A stretch of DNA of 64,000 bases. It comes from Eledone cirrhosa. Its lineage: Eukaryota. Location: positions 217,558,001-217,622,000 of the forward strand of contig OZ024740.1 of NCBI GenBank assembly GCA_964016885.1, written 5' to 3'. Positions within the stretch are counted from its first letter, which is position 1, and every line of letters starts with the position of its first letter. The translations under genes and the position numbers were made by a program. Below the pieces are notes generated by a model. It searched no databases, was not told the origin of the DNA, and was given only the letters and a program-made list of their open reading frames with translations. This document shows positions 51,285 to 64,000 of the stretch, in pieces.

Positions 51285-54200
51285 ATGGTTTCTTTATTGG
51301 CCACAAGGGCTAACATGAAGAAAAACATTACATACGGCACAAAGGTACAGGACGATACAAAGTGTGTTTGGGCCGTGTAAAAAAGGTTATAACAAGAAGA
51401 TAGAAATATCAAAATAATTCAAACAACAACAAAAATTCCCCAATAGGGGGGAAACTTCCGAGGGTCACTCGTGGCAAAAACCACACAAAAGACCACGTCC
51501 ACCCTGGCCACCAGGGCAAGCGCCCTTTCTCAGTTTTCCACTCCTCAGTCTACAGGCGCATACTCAGAGCGGGTCCGGTCACTCGGACCAGACTCGCCAC
51601 TTTCACCCACCTTTCAACAAACTTATTTGAAGACAGCACTTGTCTCTCCCCCCTGATTTTCCTCTTCAAGGGAAATTTGAAAAAGTTAATCAGGGATTCG
51701 CCGAAGAGGAAAGTGTCCGTCTTCAATCTTTCAACCTTGTCCACCACACAATCTCTTTCGCCACCAGGTAGATCAAAACTGCCTGCCCTTCCTCCTCCTT
51801 AAAGGAGGGCGGCGGGGCTATCTGCACAATGCACTCAGTCGATAACCGGATCTGTCCTACACGTGAGAGCAAATGTTCAACATAGCTCCACAAGTCAGCA
51901 ATGCTCGGACACTGAACGAGTGCGTGCATAACGGTTTCATCGCTCTGTGCGCAACTCGGACAGGTTCGGCTGATGGCTCTTCCGTGTCTGTAGAGCTTAT
52001 CTTGAACCGGCAACGCTCTCCGGTAGCGCTGCTAGGCCAAGGATTTCTGGAAGTTGTCTTGAAGAGAGCGAACAGCTGATTGTCTTCGACGCCCAGGGTC
52101 TCCTCGAGAACGTTGTCGCGCTTTCCTTCCACTAGCCCTTCATAGAACGCCGAGGTGGATGTTCCACTGATACAAGTGCCCATCTGGTAGAGGGCGGTGA
52201 GCGCTTGGAGACATTACAGCTTCCAAGCGCTATCCCTCGGTCTTTTCCTGATCCAAGATTGTAGCTCCACCAAGGAGACGAGCTGGGAAAAAGCGCGTCT
52301 GGCAAACGGCGACCACACCTGTTCACCGTCAAGGAATCACCAGAGATGTCGCAGCCTCAGCGCATGTTTGTGCATAATCAGCCACGGCATGCCAAGTCCT
52401 CCAGGCAACTGGTGTTGACAGCAAATGGGTCGTCTGACCATGGAAGCACGTCTCTTCCACAAAAAGCGGAAGAGAAGGTGCTCCATTTTGGTCAGAGTTG
52501 GGAGGGGGGCATGGTACGACGGCCAGGCGGTAGCAGAGGACGGATGTTATGTACGCATTCGCCACCTCCACCCGACCTTTCAGAGACAGCCTACGCTCGG
52601 CTCATTTCTGGGTGAGAGAGGCCACCCTGCTCGTTACCTTGCTCCAGTTTTCTCCATCTGGAGGTCCGGACCGAACCAGACCCAGAGCAATTTAACCGGT
52701 CCTTCCGTCCAGCGCCCCACGTTCTGTCGGACGGCATGGACTTGCCTCTCCAGGTGCCGAGTTGCTAGCCCACTGACCTTTCCTGGTTTATCTTTGCTCC
52801 TGTCACAGCTTCGTATTCCTTGAGAGCATTACCGAGCATCTGAACGTGTTTGGTGTTCGACATCACCACGGTGACGTCGTCGGCGTAATCCGACACGGAT
52901 CTCCCGCATGCCAGTTCGCGTAGGACCCCCTTCATCGTCTCCAATTTGTGCTCTAACGGCTCGAGGGCCAATACGTACAAGAGGGACGAGAGAGGACAAC
53001 CATGGCTGACCGAGCTCATGATGCTGAACGGCTGCGACAGGTGGCCATTGACCCTCACAATCAAGCAGATGTCGCTGTGCATCGCAGCGATCCAGCCCCT
53101 GAAAACGAACCCGAAGCCGGCCGCTTTGAGGACCGCAGCCATGTACCGTTGGTCGACCCTATCAAATGCTCTAGATTGATCCAAGTTGATCAGAGGCCCA
53201 CCCATGCTAGATTCCTTAACCACCCTCTCTATGATGTATCACATGAGATGGAGGTTGCCGAGGATGGATCTGTCCGGAATGGTACATATCTGCGCCTCTC
53301 CCACCAGATCACCGACGAAAAGCGCCAATCTCTTTGCTAACACTTTGGCCAAACTCTTAAACTCTGCGTTTAGAAAAGTTATGGGCCTGAAGTTGTGTAT
53401 AACGCCCCCCTTGTTTGGGTCTTTTCTCAGCAACGCTACCGCTCCTCGGCTCACAAAACTGGGAATGCTCCCGTTCTGCTGCCAGTTGCAGTAGACATCT
53501 GCCAAGAGGTCGCCGAACAAGTTTTGGCATGTACGCATAAAGCTCGTAGGGCAGATCATCGAAACCTGGCGATATACCCCACGTGCACTCAGACATCGGT
53601 TCCCGTATTTCACCTGCTGTTATCGGCTTTTCGCAGCACTGCACTGCGGTCGTTGAGAGCCACGACAGTCCGTCGAGATATGCACCGAAGTACATACTCC
53701 ATCCGGCCTGCTGCCGCTCCCGAACAATCGATCAAAGTGCTGTTGAAAAGCTGCACACATCTGCTCGGGTTCGAACAGCATGCGCCCATTTTGATCAGGC
53801 AAAGACCGAATTGTGGACTTGTTGCCACGTCGCGCCTCCACCATCCGAGCCCATTGAACGGCTTTCGTCCCCTCGTGTCTTAGAGCACGCGTTCTAGCTC
53901 TGACAACGCAGCTTTGCGTTGAAGAATTGGTCGAGTGCCAATCTCGCCGCAAGCACGTCGGTTGCGATGCCTGTCCTAAACGCCTCTTCTAGCTTTCTAA
54001 CTCTTCCTCTACTCTATTTTCCTCTATCACTACGCCTTTGCTAAACCGTATCGATTCTACTCTAATGGCCCTTTTCAGGGAAAACCACCACCTGTTGTTG
54101 ACGATCGCACCCGTCGATGCACGCTTAACTAAATCGCTAATCCGGTCTCTGTAAGCTTTGTGCGCCAGGAACGACATGTTCAGCTTCCAGTAACCGGGCC

Positions 54201-56962
54201 CTTGCTTATGGAGTTTATCTAAGTCAACTTCACAGATCACAAATTTGTTGTCCGTGTAGTTGACTACTTTAAATTGTGGACAACCTACACTAGTCTTATC
54301 TGTTTCCCTACAGAATATCATATCTAAATACGATCTGGATGACCCGATGCGGTTTGCCCATGTCCACATTGGCACATTCGGAGAATCCAGTCTATACCTG
54401 TCAGACAGTTCAAAACGTCTGAGCAAGTTGTTGAGGCTTTTACACCCGCCTCCTCTGTCTACTAGCCCCACATAATCCCAGCGTGTATCTAAGATACCGT
54501 TCCAGTCGCCCATTAACACTAAATAGCGGGACGTTCCAAGAAAGGTCTCTAGACGTCTAAAGAAATCTGGCCGTCCTACACCCTATTGGGGCGTAGACGG
54601 CTAGTAGCCTGAAAGCATTGCCTTCGCTGCCGGTCACGTCCAGCACCACCAATTTACCTTCTGGGTCCAGGAAGATGGCCCGTATGGCGAAATCCAAGCC
54701 TCTCCGAAAAAGCACAGTACATCCTCCCCCCCCCCCCTCCCGATCCTGAACGGCTGGGAGATACGTATACATCGTAGCCGCCGAAGATCGTGCTTCGGAG
54801 ATTCTGGTCTCGCTGATGGCCACCACATCTATGTTTAGTGACCTGAGGTCGTTGAGCAGGTGACCCTGCTTCGAAGATGACCCCAGGCCACGTACATTTA
54901 TATTGCCTATTCTAAGTTTGACCATGCTGGGTGAAGAACGGGGTAAGTCAGAAAGAATCACTTACCTTGATCGTTTGGGGAAGGGACAGTAGAACCGTCC
55001 CTTCGGCTGGTCAGGGATGTGTCCAAGATGATATCTCTATAGAATCTCTTGGAGAGTGAATGCCTGAAATCCCCAACGCAGTTGGGGAATTTTTGTTTTA
55101 TTTGTTTGTAATCTTCGAGTTCAATTTTCACAATGTTAATATTTTTTGGTAATGTTCTTGGTGTCGGTGGGGTGTAGTAATTTACGTCTGAAATATCGGT
55201 GTGCTATTTTATATATTCCATTAATCCTTGGTGTGCAATGTTTATGGTTGTGTACTTTTTTGGGGGAGGGTTGGTTTTGTTGCTGTTTTCTTGTTGTTGC
55301 TGTTGGGTGTGTGTGCTTTGTTGTGTTTGCAATGTTGCTGTTTGTGGTGATGCTGGGTGGTTGTTGTTGGTGGTGATGGTGGTGGCGTTGCTGCAAGTCG
55401 CCTTGCAGCCTTTATCCTTCTTTGTTTGTCCTCGCTTTTGGAGTTGCGAAGTTAAGTGGTTCTTTCGTTTTTGTTTTTTTTGGCAGACCTTTTGCCACTT
55501 GACTCCCGCCTCATACACCATGTCGGATTCCGTGGCGTCTGGGAATGGCTATGTGCTCCACGGCTGTTGGTGGTGGTTATATAGCACTCTCCGGCGATTT
55601 TGTTGCTGGTGCAGCTAATGCAAATGGTGTTGCCGCCACTGCTGCCGCTGTTTTAGTTGTCCGTGGCCTTGGTACAAGTGCCACGGACGTTGCCTTCCTA
55701 CTCACTGTGGAAGGGTCTTCTGCCTCTGTTGCCTGCCCTGCTCTTGGTAGCAGCGTATCAGGCGTCGGAAGGAGGGGGGGGGGGGCTCTTCTTGGCTGTC
55801 TTCTGCGGGCAAAAGGCCCTAAGGTGAACCTTTAACCCACAGAGATAGCACTTTGGTCGCCTTCCTTCCACGCTTATAGGGAGTTGGAGTCCTTACTCGA
55901 GATCTATGATATCTGGGATGGTCTCGATACACTCCTGGTCAGTTTGTATTAGTATTTACATGCCTATACCTGACCAGTTCTCTCTTCCCATTCTCTGTAT
56001 TTGTAGTATGTGGTCTTGTCCAGCAAGGACAGACGCGGCCAGCACGTCGGGCGGGACCTGGGTCACTTTGACCCTCACAATTTTCTGCCCGCAGTAGGAG
56101 GGCACCAACACTATCTCCTCACTCTTTAGGGTTTCCAAAGAGTGAGACTTCGCCTCTTGGGGGGTGGCGAAAAGTACGTCTACTGTGGCATACTTTTTGC
56201 CTCGGGTGATGTGGGTTTTGTGCGCCTAGACGCACCACAAGGCCTTTTGGATTTGAGCCTCCGTAGCTCTCTCCCCCCGATGTGACATTTTGTTTACGAT
56301 GCGGTAAGTCACCGTCCGTAGCTGTTGGTCCTTGAAAAAATTGGGTGGAGGTTTCAGGGAAACTCTATTGTCATTTCTTGTCATCATGGCCCTTGCGACT
56401 GCTGTCTCCTCCTTTGTGACTAGCACTGTTTCTATATTTCGGGCCACACTTGCGAAAGAAGTGGCCCCTTTTTCAGCGGCACCATTATTGCTGCCGCTAC
56501 TGCTGCTACTGGTCTTGTTGTGGGTGCTGTTGCTGTTGCTACTGCTGCAAACGGTGTTGTTGCTGTTATCACTGTTGTAGTTGGTTTTGATTTTGGTTCC
56601 ACCGTTGTTGCTGTTCTCTGTGCTATTTATATTGTTGCTGTTGGTGTTGTCGTTGTTCATTTTCTTGTTAGTGGTGTTAATATCGTTGTTGCATTTGTTG
56701 TCATTTTTTTCTGTTGTCTGTATTTTGGTTGTCGCTGTTATTGTTGTAGTTGGTGTGGTAATTAAAAAGAAAATTAGTGTTCAAGTAAAATGTTCAAATA
56801 TTTGGACCAAAATGCCCAAATATTATACTTTCCCCCTCACAGGGCAAAGTCCAAGGGCTTATATCACTTACACAACAAGAAAATTTAACAACAAATAATT
56901 ATAACAGGTGAATAAAGTGACTTACTGGGAGCCAGCAAAAAGACGTCCGATCAGACCAATAA
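51280..56962 (-). mobile_element. Full-span degenerate Tx1 subfamily B element
   Basis: Minus-strand fragments of ORF1, APE (GNINVRG, SETR, GDWN, SYLD), RT (NFRPI, LDQSRAFDRV, YADD) and CPSC..H..C; many frameshifts; 3' aataaagaaaccattatt. Confidence 0.9.
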
Positions 56963-57076
56963 TTGTTTCTACTTTTGGCACAAGGGCAGCAATTATCCAG
57001 TGCATTACTGGTACTTTATTTTATCGACCCCATAAGGATGAAAGGCAAAGTTAACCTCGGCGGGATTTGAACTCAG
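56960..57076 (-). mobile_element. SINE family 1, 5'-truncated
   Basis: B box GTTCAAATCC, core and 3' end as at 22386-22575; its tail abuts the Tx1 5' end. Confidence 0.75.
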
Positions 57077-57117
57077 AATGGCATGGGCCGTAACTCTATG
57101 CGTATAATAATAATGAA

Positions 57118-57420
57118 GGCAATCCGTCATTTACAACGACGATTGTTCCAGTTGATACGATCAACGGAACAGCCTGTTCATGAAATAAACGTGCAAGTGG
57201 CTGAGCATTCCACCGACATGCGTATCCTTAACGTAGTTCTCAGGGAGATTCAGCGTGACACATAATGTGACAAGGCTGGTCCTTCGAATTACAGGTACAA
57301 CTCATTTTTGCCAGCTGAGTGGACTGGAGCAACATGAAATAAAGTGTCTTGCTTAAGGACACAACGCGCCGCCGGGAATCGAACTCACGACCTTGCGATT
57401 GTGAAGCAAAACTGCACGCC
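57118..57420 (-). mobile_element. tRNA-derived SINE family 2 (CORE-like)
   Basis: B box GTTCGATTCC; gtgtccttaagcaagacactttatttca..gctccagtccactcagctgg; related head at about 61680-61790. Confidence 0.7.
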
Positions 57421-57441
57421 TTCACACACACACACATGTAT

Positions 57442-57485
<44 letters not shown>

Positions 57486-58036
57486 GTATATATACACACA
57501 CACACACATATGTATACGCGCACATGATTTTGGCTCGATTTCTACTGCTGGATGCCCTTCCTAACACCAACCTCATTTACAGTGAGTACTGGGTGCTTTT
57601 TTACTGTGGCGCTTACACGACCACTTTACAGTGTGGGCTGGGTGCTTTTTTGTCGTGACACCTCCAGGGCCACTTTGCAGTGGGAGGGGGTGGAGGCATA
57701 TTGTCTATATGCTTAGTAACTGGTAATGTCAAACAGAATAAATTTTAGTTTGTTTTTATTATTCAGGTCATTGAACCAGTCTATCACATCAGAAGTACCC
57801 AACGATAAATTTAATTGAGAATTAGAGCAAACATGTGGGATAATTCTATCCAAGATGGATTTACTAACAACCCTCCTTCCTTCTTAAATTTTTCCTCCGT
57901 TATTTTCTCCTTCTTTTTCCTTTTCCCTCTTCCTTCTTTTTTCCAATCTTCTCTCTCCTTTTATATTTTTTTATCATATGTTGACTGGACACTTTCTTGT
58001 TCACAAGTGTTTTTTAGGCATCATATCATGTTACCT

Positions 58037-58107
58037 TATTTTATCTGATGAGAACGGAACTATCGCCCCAGGATGACATTTGTTTTTGAAATGCGCATAA
58101 TAAAATA
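58037..58107 (+). ncRNA. Type I hammerhead ribozyme upstream of the Penelope-like ORF
   Basis: tattttat CTGATGA gaacgga...tttgttttt GAAA tgcgca TA ataaaata. Confidence 0.8.
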
Positions 58108-58306
58108 TATGGAACTTTTTAACCATTTTTTAATTTCTTCTTATATATACTCCAGTTCTATCAACTGTTGAGTGCTACTTATCTGATATATGCATAGTTT
58201 TATTGTTCTACAATAAAACTCACCCCCTTCATTAACCTGCTCCTTGATTGTTTGAGCGCTAACTCTTATATCGGATACCATTGATGGTCTCTACTTCTTT
58301 TATAGC

Positions 58307-59017
58307 ATGGATTACTACAGCATCACAACTTCACTTAAAGACATACCTATTCCGGGAAAAACTGAATACATCAAACTTTTGATTGAAAAAACGGACTCTT
58401 TCGTGCGAAGGCTTAGATGGATCCCATCTTTCCATGACCAGCGCTTAAAAGGAAATTTTTATATAAAGGAACATAATAATATTGATTCATTATTTAACTC
58501 CAGAAGAAATCCTCCTTTCAATAAAAACCTAGCACATTTTGAAAATGAATTAACTAAAATTATACGGGGACTTAAATTCAAAATAAACCCTTATCGAGGC
58601 CAGGAACACCTTATCAACCTTAAGAATAAAATGATCGACCTTAATTCTTCTAAAAACGTTTTAGTTCATTCTGACAAAACTAATAATGTATACGGTATAA
58701 CTAAAGATAAATATAATAACCTTATCCTTAAAGAACTAAGGAAAAATTATCGCGAAACCACCCACGATAATCTTGAGTCTATTAATTTCGAAGCATTTGA
58801 GATTATTTCTAAACTTGGTATCGGGAAAAAAACTGAACCCTTCTTCCCAAGAATTCCCAGGATTAATCTGAAAGAGCACAAAACAAATTTTCGATCTGAA
58901 TTGCCTGTAAGACTAATTTCCCCCTCTAAATCCGATCTAGGGGTTGTTAGTAAATCCATCTTGGATAGAATTATCCCACAGGTTTGCTCTAATTCTCAAT
59001 ATGATTTTATAAATTAA
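58307..59017 (+). pseudogene. N-terminal part of a Penelope-like (Naiad-type) RT ORF, truncated
   Basis: SLKDIPIP..Y...LIEK..SFVRRLRW; SDKTNNVY; INLKEHKTNF....PVRLISPSKSDLGVVSKSILDRI. Breaks into an AT-rich repeat near 59000. Family assignment from recall plus the hammerhead context. Confidence 0.7.
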
Positions 59018-59677
59018 ATATGATAGTATACTTTAAAATTAATACAGAGATTTATAAAATTTTATAGCCTGAAATATTATACACTTTGATTAATTCATTA
59101 CTCTGAACTAACTTAAATGATTTGAAAGTTAACGGTCAACCGGATACGTTTGGATAGTATATATAATTAATTAACTATAGACTGGAAATTAACCTTCATA
59201 TAATTACACCCAGTTATATTTAAGATTTAAATTGATGAATACTTCTAGATAATTCATTAATTCAAAGATTCGAGTTTACTCTTTCGCAAAGCTATGTCCA
59301 AATGTATAGTTCTGTATGGATATATATAATTCATCCCTCCCTATGTTTTACACTATAAAAATTATTCCCCTTTGTCTCTCTTTCCTTGATCAATTCTCTT
59401 TTGCTCTCTATACTTCTACTAGCTACATTATCCCCTTTCTCTGTCTTTCTTTTTTCTTTCGTCTTTCTTCAATAATTTAAATTATTTGAATCTCTAACAG
59501 TTATGTAAATTGCTGTTATGTATTTTTAAGCTTTCTCACACGCACCCTCTGTATTATATGTAAGTTTTTTCATGTCTCAATCTTAAGGTATATAAATATT
59601 GAGTTTTGTCATATGTTACTCACTACCATGACTGAATCTTAACCATCTACTATGTCAGGGTATGTCATGCATCATCT

Positions 59678-59744
59678 TATTTTATCTGATGAGGACGTAC
59701 TGTTGAAGTTAGCTCAGTACCTCTGAAATATGTATAATAAAATA
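59678..59744 (+). ncRNA. Type I hammerhead ribozyme
   Basis: tattttat CTGATGA ggacgtactg...cagtacctct GAAA tatgta TA ataaaata. Confidence 0.78.
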
Positions 59745-59901
59745 TACTTGATCACAAGAATTGTGTATTTTTGTTAATATTTTGAATTAATATTAATAAC
59801 TCCGGAAAACCATTTCTATTGAGTGCTTCCAATCTATTGTAAAACTCATTCTTTGATTTATTCATTGAACCTTGTTTAACCTTTAAATATATATATATAT
59901 A

Positions 59902-60171
59902 TAGTGAAAGAGTGAAGAATAACATGGTCGGCTGTACAAAAAAGGTTTTATTTACAGTATTAACAATTGAACAATTGTTTCATTGATCAGGTGTGTCTAA
60001 AGGCCGCTAATCACTAGAAGTTGCTTCACCCGACCTTAAATACATTGTGTGTCTCTGATTAAATCATCGGAATACTGGCCTCGAGACTCACCTGATCAAT
60101 GAAACAATTGTTAATACTGTAAATAAACCCTTTTTGTACAGCCGACCATGTTATTCTTCACTCTTTCACTA
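59902..60171. repeat. Inverted repeat (arms 59902-59993 and 60089-60171) with degenerate hammerhead
   Basis: Minus strand: cagtatt CCGATGA ...long stem II... GAAA caattg TT, with an 8-bp duplication before aatactg. Confidence 0.6.
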
Positions 60172-60590
60172 CTCTTACTCCAAGAATAACCTACATGGTA
60201 ATTCTCGCAAACTCGCTGCTCAACTAAGGAAACCTCTTGTTGAGTCAAACAACGCCGTACGTTAAAACTATCCATAGTACAGAATACTCACAACCTCTAA
60301 CTGGGGATTACCTAAAACCATAACTTTTATAGAGAAGAGAAAACGCAGGAGAGTGTGTTTACAGGTTCACATGTGAGTCCTTTACTCCGTTATTTTACTT
60401 GATATTTGCTCCTCGCGTCTTCTCTTTTCAGTCGAGCACGTTAAATTGAATAGTATAGGCTGCCATCTCTAGCGGCTAAATCCTGTTCATACCACCGGTT
60501 TCTGCCTCACGCACGTATTTCTCTTTATTCCCACGTGCTGCGAGTTAGTTTCTTTACATTTCTCTGGTAGTGGAGACAATATCGACTTTG

Positions 60591-60667
60591 CACCTGCTGA
60601 TGAGCCAAGAGTTGAGTTTGTAACCACTAGCACGGCGAAACGAATTCTTAGCGAATTTTTACAGGTG
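60591..60667 (+). ncRNA. Type I hammerhead ribozyme with full hairpin stem III
   Basis: cacctg CTGATGA gcc...ggc GAAA cgaattc ttagc gaatttt TA caggtg; one mismatch in stem III; lies between short inverted repeats at about 60337-60365 and 60775-60808. Confidence 0.7.
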
Positions 60668-60812
60668 GTGTTTTGTTTTTGAGGCTTGTTTTTCATTTTA
60701 ATTTATCCTTTTAATTATTATGTTTCTCCTAAACCTCTATTAGCTTATATTCTCTTCACGCTGGTGGTTGAAATCCTGTAATGAAAACACACTCTCCTCC
60801 GTTTTCTCCCCC

Positions 60813-60916
<104 letters not shown>

Positions 60917-61210
60917 ATATATATATATAAATGAATAAAGTTAGTCCTTCATCAGTGATCTTCTAACCTTCATTGGTATTTCATCGCTTTAAAGACCATA
61001 TACCTCCGGTTGGTGCGAGCAACGGCTAAAGAAAGTCGTTGGGACACGTAAATAAGGGGAACGAGCGAGACTGTAAACAAAAAAAGATGGTAAAGCAACG
61101 AAAAGTGAGGAAGAAAGAGTCAAGTTCCATGAATATAAGTTCGGTGAAATCGTGAACGAATATATATATATAAATATACGTATATATAAATATATATAAA
61201 TATATTTGTA

Positions 61211-61468
61211 TTAGTGCTCCGACATAGTGACATACATATGAATATACGTATTAAATGCTTATGAAAAGGCCTTTCGCAATGAATATTAAGGTTGTGACGT
61301 CACATACCTAGCTTCAGCAAAAGCAGGGGGAAATAATCGACGATGCCACCGTCTCTGACTTATAAGTGGTTACTAAGATTACATATCTCTCCGCCTTTAC
61401 TGAAGCTAAACTAAGCTGGATTCTTTTACAATCCTGCTTACGTTTATGAGCTAATGTCGGAGCACTAA
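61211..61468. mobile_element. Probable MITE
   Basis: Terminal inverted repeats TTAGTGCTCCGACAT / ATGTCGGAGCACTAA flanked by TA; second internal inverted pair (tagcttcag.../...ctgaagcta). Confidence 0.55.
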
Positions 61469-61489
61469 TACATTGGTAAAAAAAAAAGA

Positions 61490-61790
61490 CACCCTTCGGT
61501 CACGAATGACCACGGGATGTGCCCCTAGAGAGTTCCCTCCAAGGCACAACTCCGGGCATGGTTGTTTAAGGAAGACTAGTAGTCACCCAACCATGCCAGT
61601 CTCCCCTCTCCACACCACCGATGTTGTCCAAGGGAAAGGCAAAAGCCGATACAGCTTGGCACTATTGACAATGCAACTCATTTTTACAACTGAGTAAACT
61701 AGAACAACGTGAAATAAAGTTGCTCAAGGACACAACACATAACGCAGTCCGAGAATCGAACTCACAACCTTCCGATTGCAAGCACAACGC
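61490..61790 (-). mobile_element. SINE related to family 2 with a different 3' part
   Basis: B box GTTCGATTC, gtgtccttgagcaa..tttatttcacgttg core. Confidence 0.6.
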
Positions 61791-62374
61791 TTGAAATTTA
61801 TGTTAGATGGATAAAAATTCATGCATTCATATTCTTAATGTACTATTACAGTACCCGTTCCATGCAAATACATTTATAATTCTATTTTAACAAAAACTAT
61901 AAACGACGTTACTGTGGAAATACACTTTAAATTAAAGCAGAAAGAAATATTGTCCTTCCTATCAGTCCCCACTACATTAAACAATTATAGCTATAACTGT
62001 CGCAGTATTTTTATTTGTCAACTAAATGTAAATAAACTATAAGTCGTATAAGATACATAACATATTCAACATATCTAAATACACCGTTGGATACCATTAA
62101 TATAAATACACTTTGGTTTTAGACAGCAACTTTAAAAGATATGGCTCGAATGAGATGTCAATCCCACAATTTCAATTGTGGTCACTTCGTTAAAAGAAGT
62201 TTACTGATAAAGAGGAATAATTGAGTTGGCCCTCGTAGAATAGACAGTAATGCACTCACAAGCCCATAAAATATATTCAGTTAAAATTTCATTAGATTAT
62301 ATATTAAATGAATAAATTCTTCAATTTAATAAGTTGCACTAAATTAAACGATTACGAGATATTGTTTCAAATTG

Positions 62375-62500
62375 TACGGTCTGAGTTCAAATCACGCCGA
62401 AGTTTACTGTGACATTCATCCTTACGGGGTCGATAAAATAAAGTACAAGTAATACACTGGGATAATTTCTGGCCTTGTGCCAAAAGTAGAAACATTTATT
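62375..62500 (+). mobile_element. SINE family 1, 5'-truncated
   Basis: gagttcaaatc..cattcatccttacggggtcgataaaat..ggccttgtgccaaaagtagaaac. Confidence 0.7.
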
Positions 62501-62876
62501 CTAAATTGTATTAAGCTAGAGTTAGTTAGATAAGCAAGAGTCGCCACTGATATAGGTGTATTAATATTTATTAATTATTTCTATCGTGCAATGCCAGTGC
62601 ATGAATATATTTTTTAAAGTGAGGAAAGACTGTGCACTGAGCCAATCCCACTCTCTGAGCGACAGTAGCTATAACCCGAAAAGAAGAAAAGATCAACATC
62701 GTCCGTAACTGAGCCGCAGGTTTTATATCGGAGTTATCCCAGCTCCCTGAATTGCCTTCTCCTAGAAGAATGCCCTGACAAAGGCTAGGGGTCATTCACT
62801 CCCAGTGGTTTAACCGCGCGGTACATGTGTATATACATATTTACACACTTTTGGATGGCCGTTGACTCTTATGAGT

Positions 62877-62969
62877 CATACATACATTCATACATACATA
62901 CATACATACATACATACATACATACATACATACATACATACATACATACATACATACATACATACATAC
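62877..62969. repeat. (TACA)n microsatellite at the start of duplication unit 3
   Basis: Direct reading. Confidence 0.95.
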
Positions 62970-63551
62970 AAACAAAGATATTTGTCCTCTATTATATATA
63001 GCTATTAACAAGTTTCAAGTGTTTGTGGTCTACCCGTTGACTTCAGAAATTCAAATCCAAATTTCAATGTGTCATGGAAAAATATTTTACAGAAAATCTA
63101 CAAGAATTGTATTGAAACCTGATTGAAGAAATTACCATTAATTCATTAACATTTTCACTAACAAAGTATATATTGTCTAGTTTGGTGTTATAAATTGTTT
63201 ACAAATCATTGTTTGTAAACACATTGATTGACATGTGCAGCAAATTACTTTCAAATATAAATAACTTGGGAATTTGTTTCCCAAGCTATTGTAATATGTC
63301 ACTGGTAAAGGTGGCACCCACATCTTCAAGGATATTTCGGGGTAAATGGTGGTTTCTTAAAATGTAAAAATAAATTCAAAAGAAGTGAAAGTGAATAAAT
63401 TAATGTTGTTTAATTAATTAATTCAGTTGATCACGTTGAACAGGGATTATATAAAGCGTTATTCTTAGACATTTTGTTAGACCTGTCCTTGTTTCGAACA
63501 AGATAACAACCATCACAAATCTATAACAGGAAGATAAACCAACTGACCACC

Positions 63552-63612
63552 ATGTTGTACGAAATTTTAGTAGTATTAGCAGCATTTTCATTCGTAAACT
63601 GCTACACCAACT
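63552..63612 (+). CDS. Exon 1 (signal peptide) of gene copy 3; the rest lies beyond the window
   Basis: MLYEILVVLAAFSFVNCYTN then T|GTAAGT; promoter and intron 1 colinear with copies 1 and 2 from about 62975. Confidence 0.88.
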
Positions 63613-64000
63613 GTAAGTAAATCATATTACTATATTTTGTATATTTCTTGGTTTCTTTCTTCATATTATTATGATCTCTGAGTTACACACTCTATCGAGC
63701 AACGTTACTCCAGCCGACTGATTTTACACCTGCCAGTCGTGATACCATTTACAACCCGGCTACGCATGTAAATCTTGTTCATAAAAGTAATGAACAGGAG
63801 AGTAGGCAGTATGCACCCTCGGCGGAATCCTTCTCTCTCATTTAATGGTATCGATTTAGCACCATTTGTCCGAAAATAAATTCTCCTCTATAATCGTATA
63901 GAGACAGCAGGGAAGCAAGAAGCTGACAATCGATCCCATACTCCTGCAGAACCTTCCACAGCAGGTTTCGACTAAAATGCTGCTTTTCAAAATATATTTT

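Noticed and set aside
59625-59670. Possible SECIS in the Penelope-like pseudo-LTR
   Set aside because: The catgac/gtcatg hairpin lacks the tandem G.A quartet and the ORF fragments have no internal UGA.
62570-62820. Possible RTE 5' UTR fragment (ctaggagaagg motif, minus strand)
   Set aside because: Only a short remembered motif, with no ORF or second copy in the window.

Overview
AT-rich, microsatellite-dense eukaryotic DNA. The SINE, LINE and (TA)n content resembles a cephalopod (octopus-like) genome; this is inferred, not proven. The host component is a tandem array of three copies of one 3-exon gene (ATG at 624, 38173, 63552). It encodes a secreted protein built almost entirely of 37-aa six-cysteine pacifastin/VWC-subdomain-like modules. 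Copy 2 is intact (554 aa, 14 modules). Copy 1 has 16 differently ordered modules, a 4-bp frameshift and a damaged TATA box. Copy 3 runs off the window. The rest is mobile DNA: (i) a pile-up of Tx1/L1-type (APE-RT) and R4/Dong-type (RT-RLE) retrotransposons joined through (TTA)n/(TAA)n tracts, including an uninterrupted 1216-aa R4-type ORF and a near-intact Tx1; (ii) RTE fragments, SINEs, a Helitron and a probable MITE; (iii) a dense set of Penelope-like pseudo-LTRs in inverted, palindromic and tandem arrangements. By manual folding, these pseudo-LTRs carry about 18 type I hammerhead ribozyme motifs, several degenerate, most with palindromic stem III. Among them are a U3-A8 core variant and a 485-bp retrozyme-like dimer. 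All coordinates and folds were read by eye.
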